Assembly: GCA_963730935.1 (NCBI GenBank)
Contig: CAVSTP010000004.1
Location: 1-64,000, forward strand
From: an uncultured Nitrospiraceae bacterium
GTDB taxonomy: Bacteria > Nitrospirota > Nitrospiria > Nitrospirales > Nitrospiraceae
DNA length: 64,000 nucleotides
Direction of reading: 5' to 3'
Numbering within the stretch: position 1 is the stretch's first letter; the number at the start of each line of letters is the position of its first letter. Positions 1-10,332 of the stretch are shown here, one piece after another. The notes below the pieces were generated by a model. That model was not told where the DNA came from, did not search any database, and saw only the letters and a program-made list of their open reading frames with translations. Made by a program: the position numbers and the translations under genes.

Positions 1-564
1 TGAAAGCGCAATAGCGTGTTGATTGAATGATTCCCTTTGATGTTCCAAACCATCTTCAATCGCACGCAATTCCCGACGAAAAAGATCCGAGAGGATAAGA
101 CCTTCACCTGACCGCACATATGCGAGAGCGTGTTCCGCATGCCCACTCTCCACCTCGGCGATGAGCTCGTGTTTCGAGCGCAAGAAATCTTTTAACTGCC
201 GCTCAATCGGTGTCAGCATTTCGACAGAACCTAAGGCAGTCGCTAATGTCCGCTTCGCATCGTTCAGCGCCTGGTCGATCTTCGATTCGGCCTCAGTCAA
301 GGGAGCGAGGAACCCCGGTTGTAGTGTCAACAGGTATCCACGGAAGCCGTCTTCGATGTCGACGGCCAATCGACGGAGTAAATTGACTTGTTCATGCGCG
401 AGGATCAGATCCTGGCGCTGTTCCTGGAGGGTGAGGAGTTGTTGGACGAGATAGAGATGGGTGGAAAGTCCGGCGATGAGGGGGATGCAAATTAGGAGGA
501 GAACCGCCCATACCTTGTGTTGGATGCGAAGTCGACTCCACCAAGTTGGCGCTGGTTCGTCCAT
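1..564 (-). CDS. CHASE3-domain sensor protein (probable histidine kinase), N-terminal part; runs off the window edge
   Basis: Not in the ORF track. Hand translation from ATG at 564 gives MDEPAPTWWSRLRIQHKVWAVLLLICIPLIAGLSTHLYL (TM helix) then DIEDGFRGYLLT, matching the CHASE3 motif ETGxRGYLLT; open to position 1. Confidence 0.8.
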   Translation of the reverse strand, partial: MDEPAPTWWSRLRIQHKVWAVLLLICIPLIAGLSTHLYLVQQLLTLQEQRQDLILAHEQVNLLRRLAVDIEDGFRGYLLTLQPGFLAPLTEAESKIDQALNDAKRTLATALGSVEMLTPIERQLKDFLRSKHELIAEVESGHAEHALAYVRSGEGLILSDLFRRELRAIEDGLEHQRESFNQHAIALS

Positions 565-728
565 TCCCGTCTCCGGAAACTGCAGATAGTGTGAGGCACA
601 GAATACAAGAAAGTCAACGACGTTCAAGCATCCCAGACGTTACCGCCGCAGTCTCGTCAGATATGGCGATGGCTTAGGGGCGAACAAGGTTTCCAAAGCT
701 CTATCCAGAATGTAGACCATTTAATGAC

Positions 729-980
729 TCACAAGTGGGATGATCTATCTACTGAAATACCACTAACCTTCCCATCGATAATGCGTTGACCAAAAATAAC
801 CCCGGCGATGTCAGCTTCTCTCTCTGTTGGATATGTGAGTGGCATCCAATATGACCGGGAAAATGTACTACCTTTCTCTTCCCCAGAAATCACAATGTTG
901 AGCTGCCACTGGCCGCTCTCAGAGTCATGAAGGGGGTATGAGGTAATCGTACAGCCTTGATAGAGCACGACCCTACTCAT
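729..980 (-). CDS. Small hypothetical protein (83 aa)
   Basis: ORF track; protein-like composition ending ...EADIAGVIFGQRIIDGKV. Confidence 0.6.
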   Translation of the reverse strand: MSRVVLYQGCTITSYPLHDSESGQWQLNIVISGEEKGSTFSRSYWMPLTYPTEREADIAGVIFGQRIIDGKVSGISVDRSSHL

Positions 981-1094
981 ATGATGACATTCTTCTTGTT
1001 GCTACTTTTTGCAGCAACCTATCAACAGAAAATCCGCGCAGTGGAAGACGAGCAGCCTTCCCGTACGCGCGATTTCTTCTAGTAAGTCTTAAGA

Positions 1095-1388
1095 TCAGGA
1101 CAGTGGAGGGTGGAAGAGCATGTACTGACGGAGACGTTGGTAGCTAGGTTCTGTTTTCGTGAAAGCTCGAAGGCATTGAAGCAACGGCGATTCGACTAAT
1201 CTACTTGGCAGAACCGCAAAGCCTATCATAAGGGAAGTGGTGAAAGGATCGTCTGAGCCGTTAAGGTCCCAGAAACTCACTGGGACGCCGAGAATTTGCA
1301 GCAAGATGCCAAGACACAAGAGAATTGTTATAAAAAGCGCTCCCATAGAACAACATTTAGAAAGCTCAGAAGGGCTTCTTAACGGCAT
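1095..1388 (-). CDS. Hypothetical membrane protein
   Basis: Hydrophobic stretch ALFITILLCLGILLQILGVPVSFW; C-terminal FHPP. Confidence 0.5.
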   Translation of the reverse strand: MPLRSPSELSKCCSMGALFITILLCLGILLQILGVPVSFWDLNGSDDPFTTSLMIGFAVLPSRLVESPLLQCLRAFTKTEPSYQRLRQYMLFHPPLS

Positions 1389-1806
1389 CGGTTGTTATCC
1401 AGCCACTTCACTTAATAACAGGCCAATAGCGTACCATAAATTGGGCTATTTGCTACATGGAAACTTTTGGCCACCTACCAATGATCTCTGGTCATCATTA
1501 CTACTGAACCGAAGGGAAGTGTTATGTCAGACAAGGGCACGAATGATTTCTGGGAAAGGCATTTGGAGTCGGTTGATCCTGCGTTCCAAGAGATTTAAAA
1601 CTGAGTGGCATCCTTGTTAACGCATCAACCAATGCGTCCAACCGCTATGCGTTGCTGTTGATGTTTCGGGCGCTGGACGCCGCAGGCAAAGACGGCGCTA
1701 TCCGACACGTCATGTCAGGGGTGAATCCGCACGTAAAGGCGGCTTGAACGTTACTCTCTACAACAGTACGCACTGGCATGGCCTGACTCGCTAAACCATA
1801 ACACCA

Positions 1807-2016
1807 TCAGCGGGCGTCTCGTCGCGCCTGACGACGCTTTCCGCTAGCACGAAGATGACCAGAAATTGCTTTCCCACCACTCTGGGATAGATGAAGCTGG
1901 GCGCGCACATCGGGTGCCGATTCCGTCCGCGAACCAGCTTTGGGCTGCTTACGGCTCGGCGCAGGAGAGGGTGGAGTGCCAGCCTTTTTGGACCGTTTGG
2001 ATTGTGCCATTATCAT
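1807..2016 (-). CDS. Small basic hypothetical protein
   Basis: K/R-rich 69 aa ORF co-oriented just downstream of the transporter. Confidence 0.5.
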   Translation of the reverse strand: MIMAQSKRSKKAGTPPSPAPSRKQPKAGSRTESAPDVRAQLHLSQSGGKAISGHLRASGKRRQARRDAR

Positions 2017-2046
2017 TCCCTTCGTTTTGGATTGAATCTCGAGGAT

Positions 2047-3177
2047 TCACGGTCGCCAGCCCACTGCCGCTAGTAAGACAAAGAAGGAAAGGATGTACGC
2101 AACGGCCACATGCCAGCCTTGCTTAATCCACCCGATGCTATTTTTAGATTCCGGGAACATATTACTTATAGCTACGCCTGCCGATGAGCCAAACCAAATC
2201 AGTGATCCGCCGTAGCCGACACTGAAAGCGAGTATACCCCAATCATATCCGCCTTGATAGATTGCCAACGCGGTGAGAGGAATGTTATCGAAGACTGCAC
2301 TGAGCAGTCCCAATCCGAACGCCGTCTCCCACGATGGCGCCGGCAATGATTGTACCGGCAATAAACTGGCACTGAGAACCAACAGCACGAGAAACAACGC
2401 GCCTTTATAGGCATGCTGCAATTCTTTCCAAGGCGTCGATCGAATCAAGGCACCAAGCAGAATCCCTGCCCACAATCCCACCGCAGGCGCATCGAATGCG
2501 ACATTCCCAGCAATCGTGAGAATGATTGTCATTGCGACGATGAACAGCCGGCCGCCGTCGATCTGAATTGCTCGGGCGGACGTTAGCGCGATCGGCTGAA
2601 AGCTATGTTGGACCCGTGATGCGATGACTCCTGAAAAGGTGACAGCGACCGCTGCACCGATGAACGCTTTGAAAAATACTGTCGCCGGAATACCTGCAAG
2701 CCAAATCATGGTTGTCGTGGTGTCACCAATGACCGATCCCGCCCCACCTGCATTGCTCGCTGCAACGAGGGCCACGAGGTAACTCAAGCTCACTCGGTTT
2801 TGATAGAGCGCCCTCGCCATTACACCCCCGATCATGGCACCGGCTATGTTGTCGAGGAAGGTCGAAAGGATGGCGACGAGAATCAACAGGATGAACCCGC
2901 CGGTCCAATCCAAAGGCAACCACTGCGGCAACCAGAGGGGCAATCGCGTGTCCTCAAACTGTTTTGCGAGTAAGGCAAACCCGAGAAGGAGTCCCAGAAG
3001 GTTCAGTAAGAGGCTGGCTTCATGCGATAAGTGAGCGGATAGATTCAGGCCTGTCCACAGCACTTTATAGGCGAGGAGTAATAAGCATCCACCTATTGCG
3101 ATTTCAAACGTCCGCCGATGAAATGCGGCGATACCAAGGAGCATGGAGACAAAAATTAAAAATTCAGTATCAGGCAT
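2047..3177 (-). CDS. ArsB/NhaD-superfamily ion/citrate transporter
   Basis: Multi-TM protein with motifs LSTFLDNIAG, SNAGGAGSVIGDTTT, SAVFDNIPL, GGSLIWFGSSAGVA. Confidence 0.88.
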   Translation of the reverse strand: MPDTEFLIFVSMLLGIAAFHRRTFEIAIGGCLLLLAYKVLWTGLNLSAHLSHEASLLLNLLGLLLGFALLAKQFEDTRLPLWLPQWLPLDWTGGFILLILVAILSTFLDNIAGAMIGGVMARALYQNRVSLSYLVALVAASNAGGAGSVIGDTTTTMIWLAGIPATVFFKAFIGAAVAVTFSGVIASRVQHSFQPIALTSARAIQIDGGRLFIVAMTIILTIAGNVAFDAPAVGLWAGILLGALIRSTPWKELQHAYKGALFLVLLVLSASLLPVQSLPAPSWETAFGLGLLSAVFDNIPLTALAIYQGGYDWGILAFSVGYGGSLIWFGSSAGVAISNMFPESKNSIGWIKQGWHVAVAYILSFFVLLAAVGWRP

Positions 3178-3426
3178 AAAAGTTCATAGACGCCCGGTAG
3201 CACTTCACAGAAGAGAGCAGTTAAAATTTCTGCTACACGAGGCTACCTATTTTCCAAGCCAAGACCTTCTGCATCTCTCATGTCCAGCCCCTCTTCGTGT
3301 TCTTTATCGCCAAGGCGGGAGTCAAAATCGATACTGGCCTTCGAGGGACACGATAGAATCGTTGAAGTCTCGTAGGGCGTTCATCGAAGAGGCGCACTGC
3401 AGCCTGATCGGTGCACAACTCATAGG

Positions 3427-3470
3427 AAGGCTCGACTTCGCGCCCACCGAAGTCGGGCCTTTTTATTTAT
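3427..3470 (+). terminator. Intrinsic terminator-like hairpin
   Basis: AAGGCTCGACTTCG-cgcccac-CGAAGTCGGGCCTT followed by a T-rich tract. Confidence 0.65.
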
Positions 3471-3583
3471 CCGGCACAGCTGAACCCAAACAGAACCTAG
3501 CCATCCCGTGAACGTCTCCCACTGTACACTTAAAAAGTACATGGAAGCTCCCGCTCCCAGGATCCGATACTTTGATTTTTGAC

Positions 3584-3781
3584 TTAAGCTGCTTGGCTTC
3601 TACCGAAGAGAAGGTCGGCACAGGCAGGACAGTAGGAAGGGTTCAGCTGGCAATTGGTTGGATCTATCCCGGTGGCCAGTTGATACGCCTTTTTTGAGAC
3701 CCAGCAGTCCATCGTCTCTCGCTCATCATGAACGAGCCGACACAGTTCACAAACCTCAAGCACTTTGGGGTCGGAATCCAT
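3584..3781 (-). CDS. Small Cys-rich putative Zn-binding protein
   Basis: CELC ... CPAC pairs; tightly coupled to 3784..3987. Confidence 0.6.
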   Translation of the reverse strand: MDSDPKVLEVCELCRLVHDERETMDCWVSKKAYQLATGIDPTNCQLNPSYCPACADLLFGRSQAA

Positions 3782-3783
3782 GA

Positions 3784-3987
3784 CTAAGCCGCACGCTTTT
3801 GTGACTCATCGTGTTGGTGATTGCGCTCAGCACAATGCGATTCGAGATCCCGGATAACTTCTTGAGCACAAAACAAGACTGCTTCGCACTCCTGCTCTGG
3901 AAGGCCATGATGGTCAGAAGCGAATTCGCTCACTTTTGCAAATGCGCGTATCAGCTCCTGCACAAGAAGGGTCACGGGTCGATCCAT
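3784..3987 (-). CDS. Small hypothetical protein
   Basis: 67 aa helical ORF, 2 bp from the next gene. Confidence 0.55.
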   Translation of the reverse strand: MDRPVTLLVQELIRAFAKVSEFASDHHGLPEQECEAVLFCAQEVIRDLESHCAERNHQHDESQKRAA

Positions 3988-4192
3988 GCAGTATGCTACT
4001 GCGCCCTTGAATGGATCGATACTCGGACAATCCCAAAGAACGGGGCCATTCGGTCATAAACAATCATATTGAAATATTTAAGAGATTCGCCAGGAGAGCT
4101 AGAACTTCACCAGTCACCCAAAAAGGTCGAAGCGCAGCCATCGCGTTAAAAGCACACCACAATTGTGATAAAAGCGATTGACCTGCGGTTTC

Positions 4193-4411
4193 TTAGTTCG
4201 CTGCCTCTTCAGAATTACCGTCCTCCATTCCACTAAGAGACGGGGCAATAGGCGGACCGAGAGCGATTGTGATGTAAAAAATCATTTTGCCTATTTTGAT
4301 TGAAACATCCTCACGTTTCTCATCAGTTTTGGTTACTGCGGGTTTTGAAGCACTAGGCGGGGGACGATTCCACTCTCGCACTGGATCATATTGGTGTGCA
4401 GGTAGGGCCAT
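4193..4411 (-). CDS. Small hypothetical protein
   Basis: ATG preceded by a strong AGGAGG RBS. Confidence 0.4.
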   Translation of the reverse strand: MALPAHQYDPVREWNRPPPSASKPAVTKTDEKREDVSIKIGKMIFYITIALGPPIAPSLSGMEDGNSEEAAN

Positions 4412-4970
4412 GGCAGGGCCTCCTTTGTTGGGCGGGAAGATTTAGGTTGTTTCAACCCGTTCCGATATGTTCCATTTCCATTATGGGACACCCTCCCATC
4501 TGGAGGTGTTAACTAGCTACATCCCTAAGAAGGGTGAGGAAAAGGGTGTCAGGAACCATTGCGCGGCGAGTGGCGAATCCGCTCTGTGACGACCTCGAAA
4601 CACCCAAGGTCTGCTGTCAACAGATGCGACCGGTACAGCCGCTGCCGTCGCGGACTGACACGCTTGTCGTGATAGATCCTTCTGGATGCGCCTCGCAGGG
4701 CGCGGCCTCTACGCGCCTCCTATTGAATTCAGATGACCCATTTCCCTCCATTAGCCGACTTCAATGCTCGTCCACATTTTCTGTGGATAAATCTGTGTAC
4801 GACACCTTCTTGAGTGCTATTTAAGCCAATCAATTAGGTTGGAGTTATGGACTTGCCTATTTTTTAGGCATAGGCCATTAGTCGCGGCCCGCTTCCAGTT
4901 TGTTGGTCCCACGCCCCCCTCGCCGAAAACAGGGAAGCAGGCGTCTGAATTGGAGTCCATTTCCAAATAG

Positions 4971-5852
4971 TTACCCAGCGGCGTTACTAGGGTTGGAAGG
5001 CCGGCGTGAGCCATACTGATGTGCATACACATACGTAAACTCGGCTCCGAGAAAGAAAATCAAGGCGGAGTAGTATACCCAAACCAAGATTGCCATGAGG
5101 GAAGAGGCGGCTCCGTACATCGATGTCATCGCCGGCCCTCCCAGATAGATTTCGATTACCCACTGCCCCAACGTAAACAGTGTGGCGGTAGCCATTCCTC
5201 CAATCCAGACATCCTGCCAAGCGATATGGCCTTCCGGTAACATTTTGAACATCAGCGTAAACAGCACGGCCATCACAATGGGTGATCCCATGATATCGAT
5301 CACCATCATCAAGACCTGTGGCTCAGCCATCTCCTTGTTGATGAATCTTCCGGCAGCGGCCATAACGACGTTCAAAATCAAGGCGGCGACTAGAAGGAAC
5401 CCTGTCCCGATGACCAGCAAAAACGAGAAGAGCCGTGTTCTGAGCATTCCCAACAGAGCAGAACTTCTTGCGCGGGGCGGAATCCGCCAAATGAAATTCA
5501 ACGCATCCTGCAGTTCACTGAACATGCCCATGGAAACGATAAAGAGGGTAATAACACTGATAAGGGTTGCGACGGTACCCTCGACAGGATGACCGGTCCT
5601 ATACAACATGGGCGTCATCGCATTCGCCCCTTTTTCTCCGATCAGATCTTGCAGCTGACGATATAACTCACTTTGAACGACACGTTCGTCAACGACAAGC
5701 GCCGCCCCGGCGACGGCCAGCGTCAAGAGAGGGGCGAGGGAGAACAGCGTGTAATACGAGAGGGCGGCACTCAACCGCCAGGGATTATCATCCAACCACT
5801 TCATCGCCGTAGTTGTGAGCAAGCGGATGGTCGTCTCCATCATCGTGCTCAT
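4971..5852 (-). CDS. YihY/virulence factor BrkB family membrane protein
   Basis: AALSYYTLFSLAP, YGAASSLMAILVWVYYSALIFFLGAEF motifs. Confidence 0.92.
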   Translation of the reverse strand: MSTMMETTIRLLTTTAMKWLDDNPWRLSAALSYYTLFSLAPLLTLAVAGAALVVDERVVQSELYRQLQDLIGEKGANAMTPMLYRTGHPVEGTVATLISVITLFIVSMGMFSELQDALNFIWRIPPRARSSALLGMLRTRLFSFLLVIGTGFLLVAALILNVVMAAAGRFINKEMAEPQVLMMVIDIMGSPIVMAVLFTLMFKMLPEGHIAWQDVWIGGMATATLFTLGQWVIEIYLGGPAMTSMYGAASSLMAILVWVYYSALIFFLGAEFTYVYAHQYGSRRPSNPSNAAG

Positions 5853-5961
5853 TCTAGTGGAATCCTGCTGTCACTGTCGGCCTTTACCATTATTGTACCT
5901 AGGGCTATGCAGGGTGGACCGGAGTACCGAGTCATAGAGAATATTCTGACGGCCGTGCACC

Positions 5962-6456
5962 GTGCCGCAAGTCACCCTAATGTGCAGACAAAGCCGTACT
6001 CAGATATCCATTCTAGAGTCAGCATGTGTTGTGGGGCTCATGCAGATGGCTCTTGTCGGGACAGCCGGATTCGCTCAGGCATCCGAGCCTGGAATCCATG
6101 TGGAGATCCTCGGTATCCGGAATAGCGTCGGGGCAGTGGCATGCGCACTGTTCGAAGGGCCAAAAGGGTTTCCTACAGAATTTTTGCGCTTTGCAACGAA
6201 CATTATGATGGTCAAAGTCCGTGCTACCAAGGCCACCTGCGATTTTGCAGACATAGCGCCTGGCAGGTACGCACTTGCCGTGATTCATGACGAAAATCGG
6301 GACGGCGAACTCGCAACAAACATGCTGGGGGTGCCTCAGGAAGGATACGGATTTTCCAACGATGCGAAAGGCACATTAGGAGCCCCTTCGTTTGAGGCGG
6401 CCAGTTTTTCCTACAATGGACAAAGTTTAAATATGACGATCGCCTTACAGTACTGA
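5962..6456 (+). CDS. DUF2141 family secreted protein
   Basis: PGRYALAVIHDENRDGEL..N.LGVPQEGYGFSND...G.PSFEAA motif; signal peptide. Confidence 0.88.
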   Translation: MPQVTLMCRQSRTQISILESACVVGLMQMALVGTAGFAQASEPGIHVEILGIRNSVGAVACALFEGPKGFPTEFLRFATNIMMVKVRATKATCDFADIAPGRYALAVIHDENRDGELATNMLGVPQEGYGFSNDAKGTLGAPSFEAASFSYNGQSLNMTIALQY

Positions 6457-6886
6457 TGCGGCCATCATATCGGCAAATCGAGGCAACGCGGTAAGAGCAC
6501 CTAGCTGTAATGCGTGACTGGGAAGCAAGGGACGAGCTGATTTATCAGCAAGGGGTAACCGACCTGCGGTTTATTAGTTCGCTGCGCTTGAAGATTTGTC
6601 GCAACAAGAAGAGGGGTAAGTGTTTCCTGCTGCCGTCAGCTACAGTTCAAGAGATGGAAGGTTTGAGAAGCCCCCACATGGCGTTGGCGTGCACGAGTAA
6701 ACGGCTCGAAGCCTCCGAACATGATCCGTTTGAGATGGTTTCATGAGATTTCTTGGATATACGTATTTCTACCTGGTGTCCCCAATAGGAACATGAGCCT
6801 TTCAATGCCACATCTCGCCCCCCTCGTCATCCCGTTTTCAGGAGAAATTAGGATGGCCGAGAATCCCGATGAATCCATGGCGTGGC

Positions 6887-7141
6887 TCAGGCAGCCGTCA
6901 CCGGTCGCGGCTTGTCCCCCGCATGCCAGCGACAGCCACAATTGAAACACGCGTACAGGAGGATCGAGACGCCACGCTGCATGTCGATGGCTCTCTCGGC
7001 CCGGAGGGTGCCTTCGCATTTCCAGCACCGCATCGGAATACTTGTTCCTTCAACGTCGGCCACGTGGCGGTTGTCTCGGGCCAGGGCCTTGCTCATACGC
7101 TGAGTCACTTTGCGATCTTCAGGCGGGACGAGGTGGATCAT
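6887..7141 (-). CDS. Small Zn-ribbon protein
   Basis: MRCWKCEG ... YACFNCGCRW; start uncertain. Confidence 0.55.
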   Translation of the reverse strand: MIHLVPPEDRKVTQRMSKALARDNRHVADVEGTSIPMRCWKCEGTLRAERAIDMQRGVSILLYACFNCGCRWHAGDKPRPVTAA

Positions 7142-7796
7142 TGCTCGGCCTTGTGGGCATTAGGATTTGAAACGGGTTGCTTTCTGCGACGCGCCTCCGC
7201 CATGTGGCCAACCCCAGGAGGACCAATTGCGAGTGACCATAAGGATTCGCATGGCAGAATATCCTCTTAGAAGTGAAGAGGGAAGGTGAGTTTGTCAGAG
7301 CATAGCCCTGTAGAAAGGCCAGGGCTGGTCAAAACAGATCAGGTGCTTTGGCTGAAGCAAGGGAGATTTCAGAAGCGGGAGCGGAAATAAGAGCGAGTAC
7401 GGCACCGTTTGCACTGCCATGGATACCATCCCCACCAGGCCAGCATATGATCCAACCATCGGCGGCGGGTCACCCGCCGCCATACGCACCGACAGGGCTT
7501 GGATAGTGGACGGATGATGCTTTGACGAGTTCGCGCTTTTGGGGCGGTCCAACGTAAAGTTTCTCCCAGTTGCATAGAAGGTAGACTACGGCACCCAAAC
7601 CATCTGAGCAATTCGGTCTTTTTCGTGAGTGAAAACAGGTGGGCAATATCTTAGGGCGTTCGTTGGCATCCGCTCGGTATGGGAGGCAGGAGAGGAATTA
7701 TTCAGGAAGTGAAATGTACGTGTCAGGTTTGTGGAAGGTCATCAGGAGGGCTGGAAAGACGAGAACGAGAACACATGCGCAGCGTCGCAGTACCAC

Positions 7797-7988
7797 CTAG
7801 TTGGTTGTTCGATCGGCGGTCAATTTAGGACGTGGCCTCTCACCACCATACCAGTGGCGTCCACAAGTCTGACAGATGAACTGTTCAATCGAGACACCTC
7901 CATGCAAGTCCACTCCGTTTTGCGGCGTAAGCGGAGTGTGGCATGTCCAGCACCGCATGGAGTGCTTGCTATCGACGTTCTGGTTCAT
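7797..7988 (-). CDS. Small Zn-ribbon protein, paralog of 6887..7141
   Basis: MRCWTCHT ... FICQTCGRHW; ATG at 7988 with GGAGG RBS. Confidence 0.55.
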   Translation of the reverse strand: MNQNVDSKHSMRCWTCHTPLTPQNGVDLHGGVSIEQFICQTCGRHWYGGERPRPKLTADRTTN

Positions 7989-8026
7989 GGCTTCACGGGT
8001 CCTCCAAGGCAGGGAGTCTCGGCCAA

Positions 8027-8067
8027 TATAGGACCGAAGAACCGCCATAGCTGGTCAAAATTGCTCA
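8027..8067 (-). promoter_or_regulatory. 41-bp repeated upstream element, copy 1 (putative activator box plus -10)
   Basis: 39/41 identical to 10333..10373; lies about 40 bp upstream of a minus-strand start codon. Confidence 0.65.
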
Positions 8068-8120
8068 GGCACTAATAGGTCGGAAGCAAGATTTGGAGGT
8101 GGCGAGCCCTATGCAGGCGA

Positions 8121-8324
8121 TCATCCTATGGGATTGCTCAGCTCGTGAAGCCTCTGCGCATCGGCAAGCTTGGCGACTTCGTTGGCATAGTAACAAATCA
8201 TCTGCAGTTCATCCTGCGAGAACGGCGCATGGTCCGGTTGCCGAACCTTGCCTAACAGGCTCTCGCAGTGACTAAAAAAAGCACGAAGGTGTTCGCGGAT
8301 GGGTAGAAATGGTGGGTCAGACAT
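8121..8324 (-). CDS. Small hypothetical protein
   Basis: 67 aa ORF, ATG start. Confidence 0.5.
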   Translation of the reverse strand: MSDPPFLPIREHLRAFFSHCESLLGKVRQPDHAPFSQDELQMICYYANEVAKLADAQRLHELSNPIG

Positions 8325-8531
8325 GAGGACGACCGCCTTTCAGTAGTGTCTGGCGGTCGGGCCCTCCAGGAGGCCGCAGGACAGGGTGGAATGGCTCTAG
8401 AAGGCTGGGTCAAGCGGTCATTCGACCTGAAGTGGTGAGTGATTGCCCGGGAGGGCCTGCCCGTCGTTCGATCCGGCGGATTTCATCAGGGGGAGATCGA
8501 TATCCGACCAAGTAAGGTAGCCAAGTGGTGA

Positions 8532-8924
8532 TCATTTTTTGCAGACCACTTCCATCAGACGTCGGCCAACGCTTCCGGGTGGCAGAGGTTTCCATTGGCC
8601 TTCATTGGTCAAAGTATCTATCACAGTGCCCTTGCCCATATTGCTGGAAAACCAGGTAACATTCAAAATCCGACTGCGCTCTTCGCCGCAATTAAATTGC
8701 TGCAACTGACGTACCGATAAGAAAAAGGAATTCGTGTCTAAGAAGCGTTTGGCAAGCTTGGAATCCGTCATGACCCAAATTTCTGCGAGTTCCCCATCAC
8801 GACGGAAGGTCTCTAAGTCGATATATATCGTGTCAAGTTCAACATTGTCCCCGACGGCTACCCATTCGGAATAGGCCGGTCGGCTGCTTAGCATCAGGAG
8901 CGCTATCAAGATGAGTCGTTTCAT
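8532..8924 (-). CDS. Secreted surface-adhesin E-like family protein
   Basis: Signal peptide MKRLILIALLMLSSRPAYSEW, then YID..T..R.G....W, F.C, W.P..PGS....L...VC pattern. Confidence 0.7.
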   Translation of the reverse strand: MKRLILIALLMLSSRPAYSEWVAVGDNVELDTIYIDLETFRRDGELAEIWVMTDSKLAKRFLDTNSFFLSVRQLQQFNCGEERSRILNVTWFSSNMGKGTVIDTLTNEGQWKPLPPGSVGRRLMEVVCKK

Positions 8925-9366
8925 TCCGTTCCCTGAGGCCGAAACCCTTTGACTACCCATGCCGCGATCACGCCAGCAAAATACAGCAAGCCGATGCCGG
9001 GTAGGTAGTAAATCAATAGGAAAGCACCAAAATGCTCTAGAATAGCCTGTCGATGAAGAGAATTTATGTGTTTTAAATAGCAGCCTGAGTGTTCGCCGCA
9101 TCCGTGTAAATTGAGCGATACAAATACAAAGGTAAACATGGATCGTTATATGCCAATTTCCGATCGAGTTTACTTCCGGCTGTCATATCGCCAATGTATT
9201 TACAGGCAGGTTTCTCAAACGCGGACAAAACATCAGCGTCATGTTGATAACTTGAGATTTCCGAAGTAGCTTCAATCGATTGCCAAACTGTGCACAGAAA
9301 CCCGACGACAGCGGTAAGAATCCAAAGTCGTCGCCATCCATTGAGTGATTGGAGTCGCCTCATCAT
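8921..9366 (-). CDS. Membrane protein split by a 1-nt frameshift near 9081
   Basis: N-part 9073..9366 (GWRRLWIL) and C-part 8921..9139 (LLYFAGVIAAWVVKGFR) join if one base is added in GCT GC TAT. Confidence 0.55.
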
Positions 9367-9593
9367 TCAGCTTGAATCTTACTCTCCCCGGAGACATAGC
9401 CGCGCATATCCACTGACCATCCAGGAGGAGGTGGATACCATCGGTCGAAGGCTTTGCGGAATGCATCCGCAAAGCGAAAGATTCGTTCTGGCCCTGTCCA
9501 GGCCTCGTCCTCAACTGAAATCGTGGAAAAGAAACCGATGCCTATGACATATAGGCCATGTACATGAGTAGGAGCCCCAAGTTCCCGAGCAAA

Positions 9594-10286
9594 TCACGGG
9601 GCCATAAGTTCCTCCGAAGAGAGCTGTTCTGTAGCCGACGCTGTTGCAGCAACTTTGATCGCCTGGACACCCTCATTTTGCGGGGGAGTTCCTGCGTTGA
9701 TGGCCAAGTAAACTTCTTTGAATGGCTTTTTAGAAATGAAGCCAACAAAGACACGATCATTGCGAGGCGTGAAGCGGTCAATATCTACGGTGCTAAAGAC
9801 GTTGCCAGTAGAATCTTTAAATGTCGCCACCTCACGAGCTGTGTTGTTGGTCAGGAGCCAGAAAGCGACCGCTTGCACGGGTAGGTTAAAAACGAATCGT
9901 AAGTCTTTCAAAGTGTCTTGAACAATGGTGTTCGCCGTCATGAAATTCGGCTGGGTGTTATCAAGGCCACCATTTGCTGAGAAGATCATGGTGCCGCCAT
10001 CGAAGATGCACAAATTGAATCCATTTCCTCCCGTGATAGTGACACTGTTTAGGCCAAAAGGGATATGCACGCTCGGCCCGGTTCCCGTAGGTCCTCGATC
10101 CCCAATTCCGCATGATGTGCCGGGAAATGCCCGCTGGGAATCAGGGATCGGTATGGCGGGGGCTTTCGCCTGAATGTCAAAGCGCACGGGGTCGTTGTAT
10201 ACGTGGACTTGCTGCCCCATCACGGGATTACCGACTAACACGATAATTAACATTGCGAAGATTGCGATTCCAACCTGTTTAGTCAT
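9594..10286 (-). CDS. Secreted hypothetical beta-rich protein
   Basis: Signal peptide MTKQVGIAIFAMLIIVLVGNPVMG with GGAGG RBS. Confidence 0.7.
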   Translation of the reverse strand: MTKQVGIAIFAMLIIVLVGNPVMGQQVHVYNDPVRFDIQAKAPAIPIPDSQRAFPGTSCGIGDRGPTGTGPSVHIPFGLNSVTITGGNGFNLCIFDGGTMIFSANGGLDNTQPNFMTANTIVQDTLKDLRFVFNLPVQAVAFWLLTNNTAREVATFKDSTGNVFSTVDIDRFTPRNDRVFVGFISKKPFKEVYLAINAGTPPQNEGVQAIKVAATASATEQLSSEELMAP

Positions 10287-10332
10287 GGGAGCCTCCTGTG
10301 CGTGAGGAAAATCAGAGCACAAACGCGTCCAC

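Noticed and set aside
4030..4070. Fourth copy of the repeated promoter element
   Set aside because: Partial resemblance (GGTCATAAACAATCA) but the -10-like hexamer is not at the conserved 21-nt spacing.
4540..4720. Possible decayed IS200/RAYT transposase start (IYH...EVVTER on the minus strand) next to AAAGGGTGTCAGGAACCATT
   Set aside because: Similarity is too weak to support by eye; there is no start codon or HUH motif and only a single copy of the short motif.
8465..8476. CGTTCGATCCGG, identical to 12 nt of the tRNA-Met T-arm, as a possible att site of the island
   Set aside because: It is inverted relative to the tRNA gene rather than a direct repeat, is short, and has no flanking tRNA similarity.
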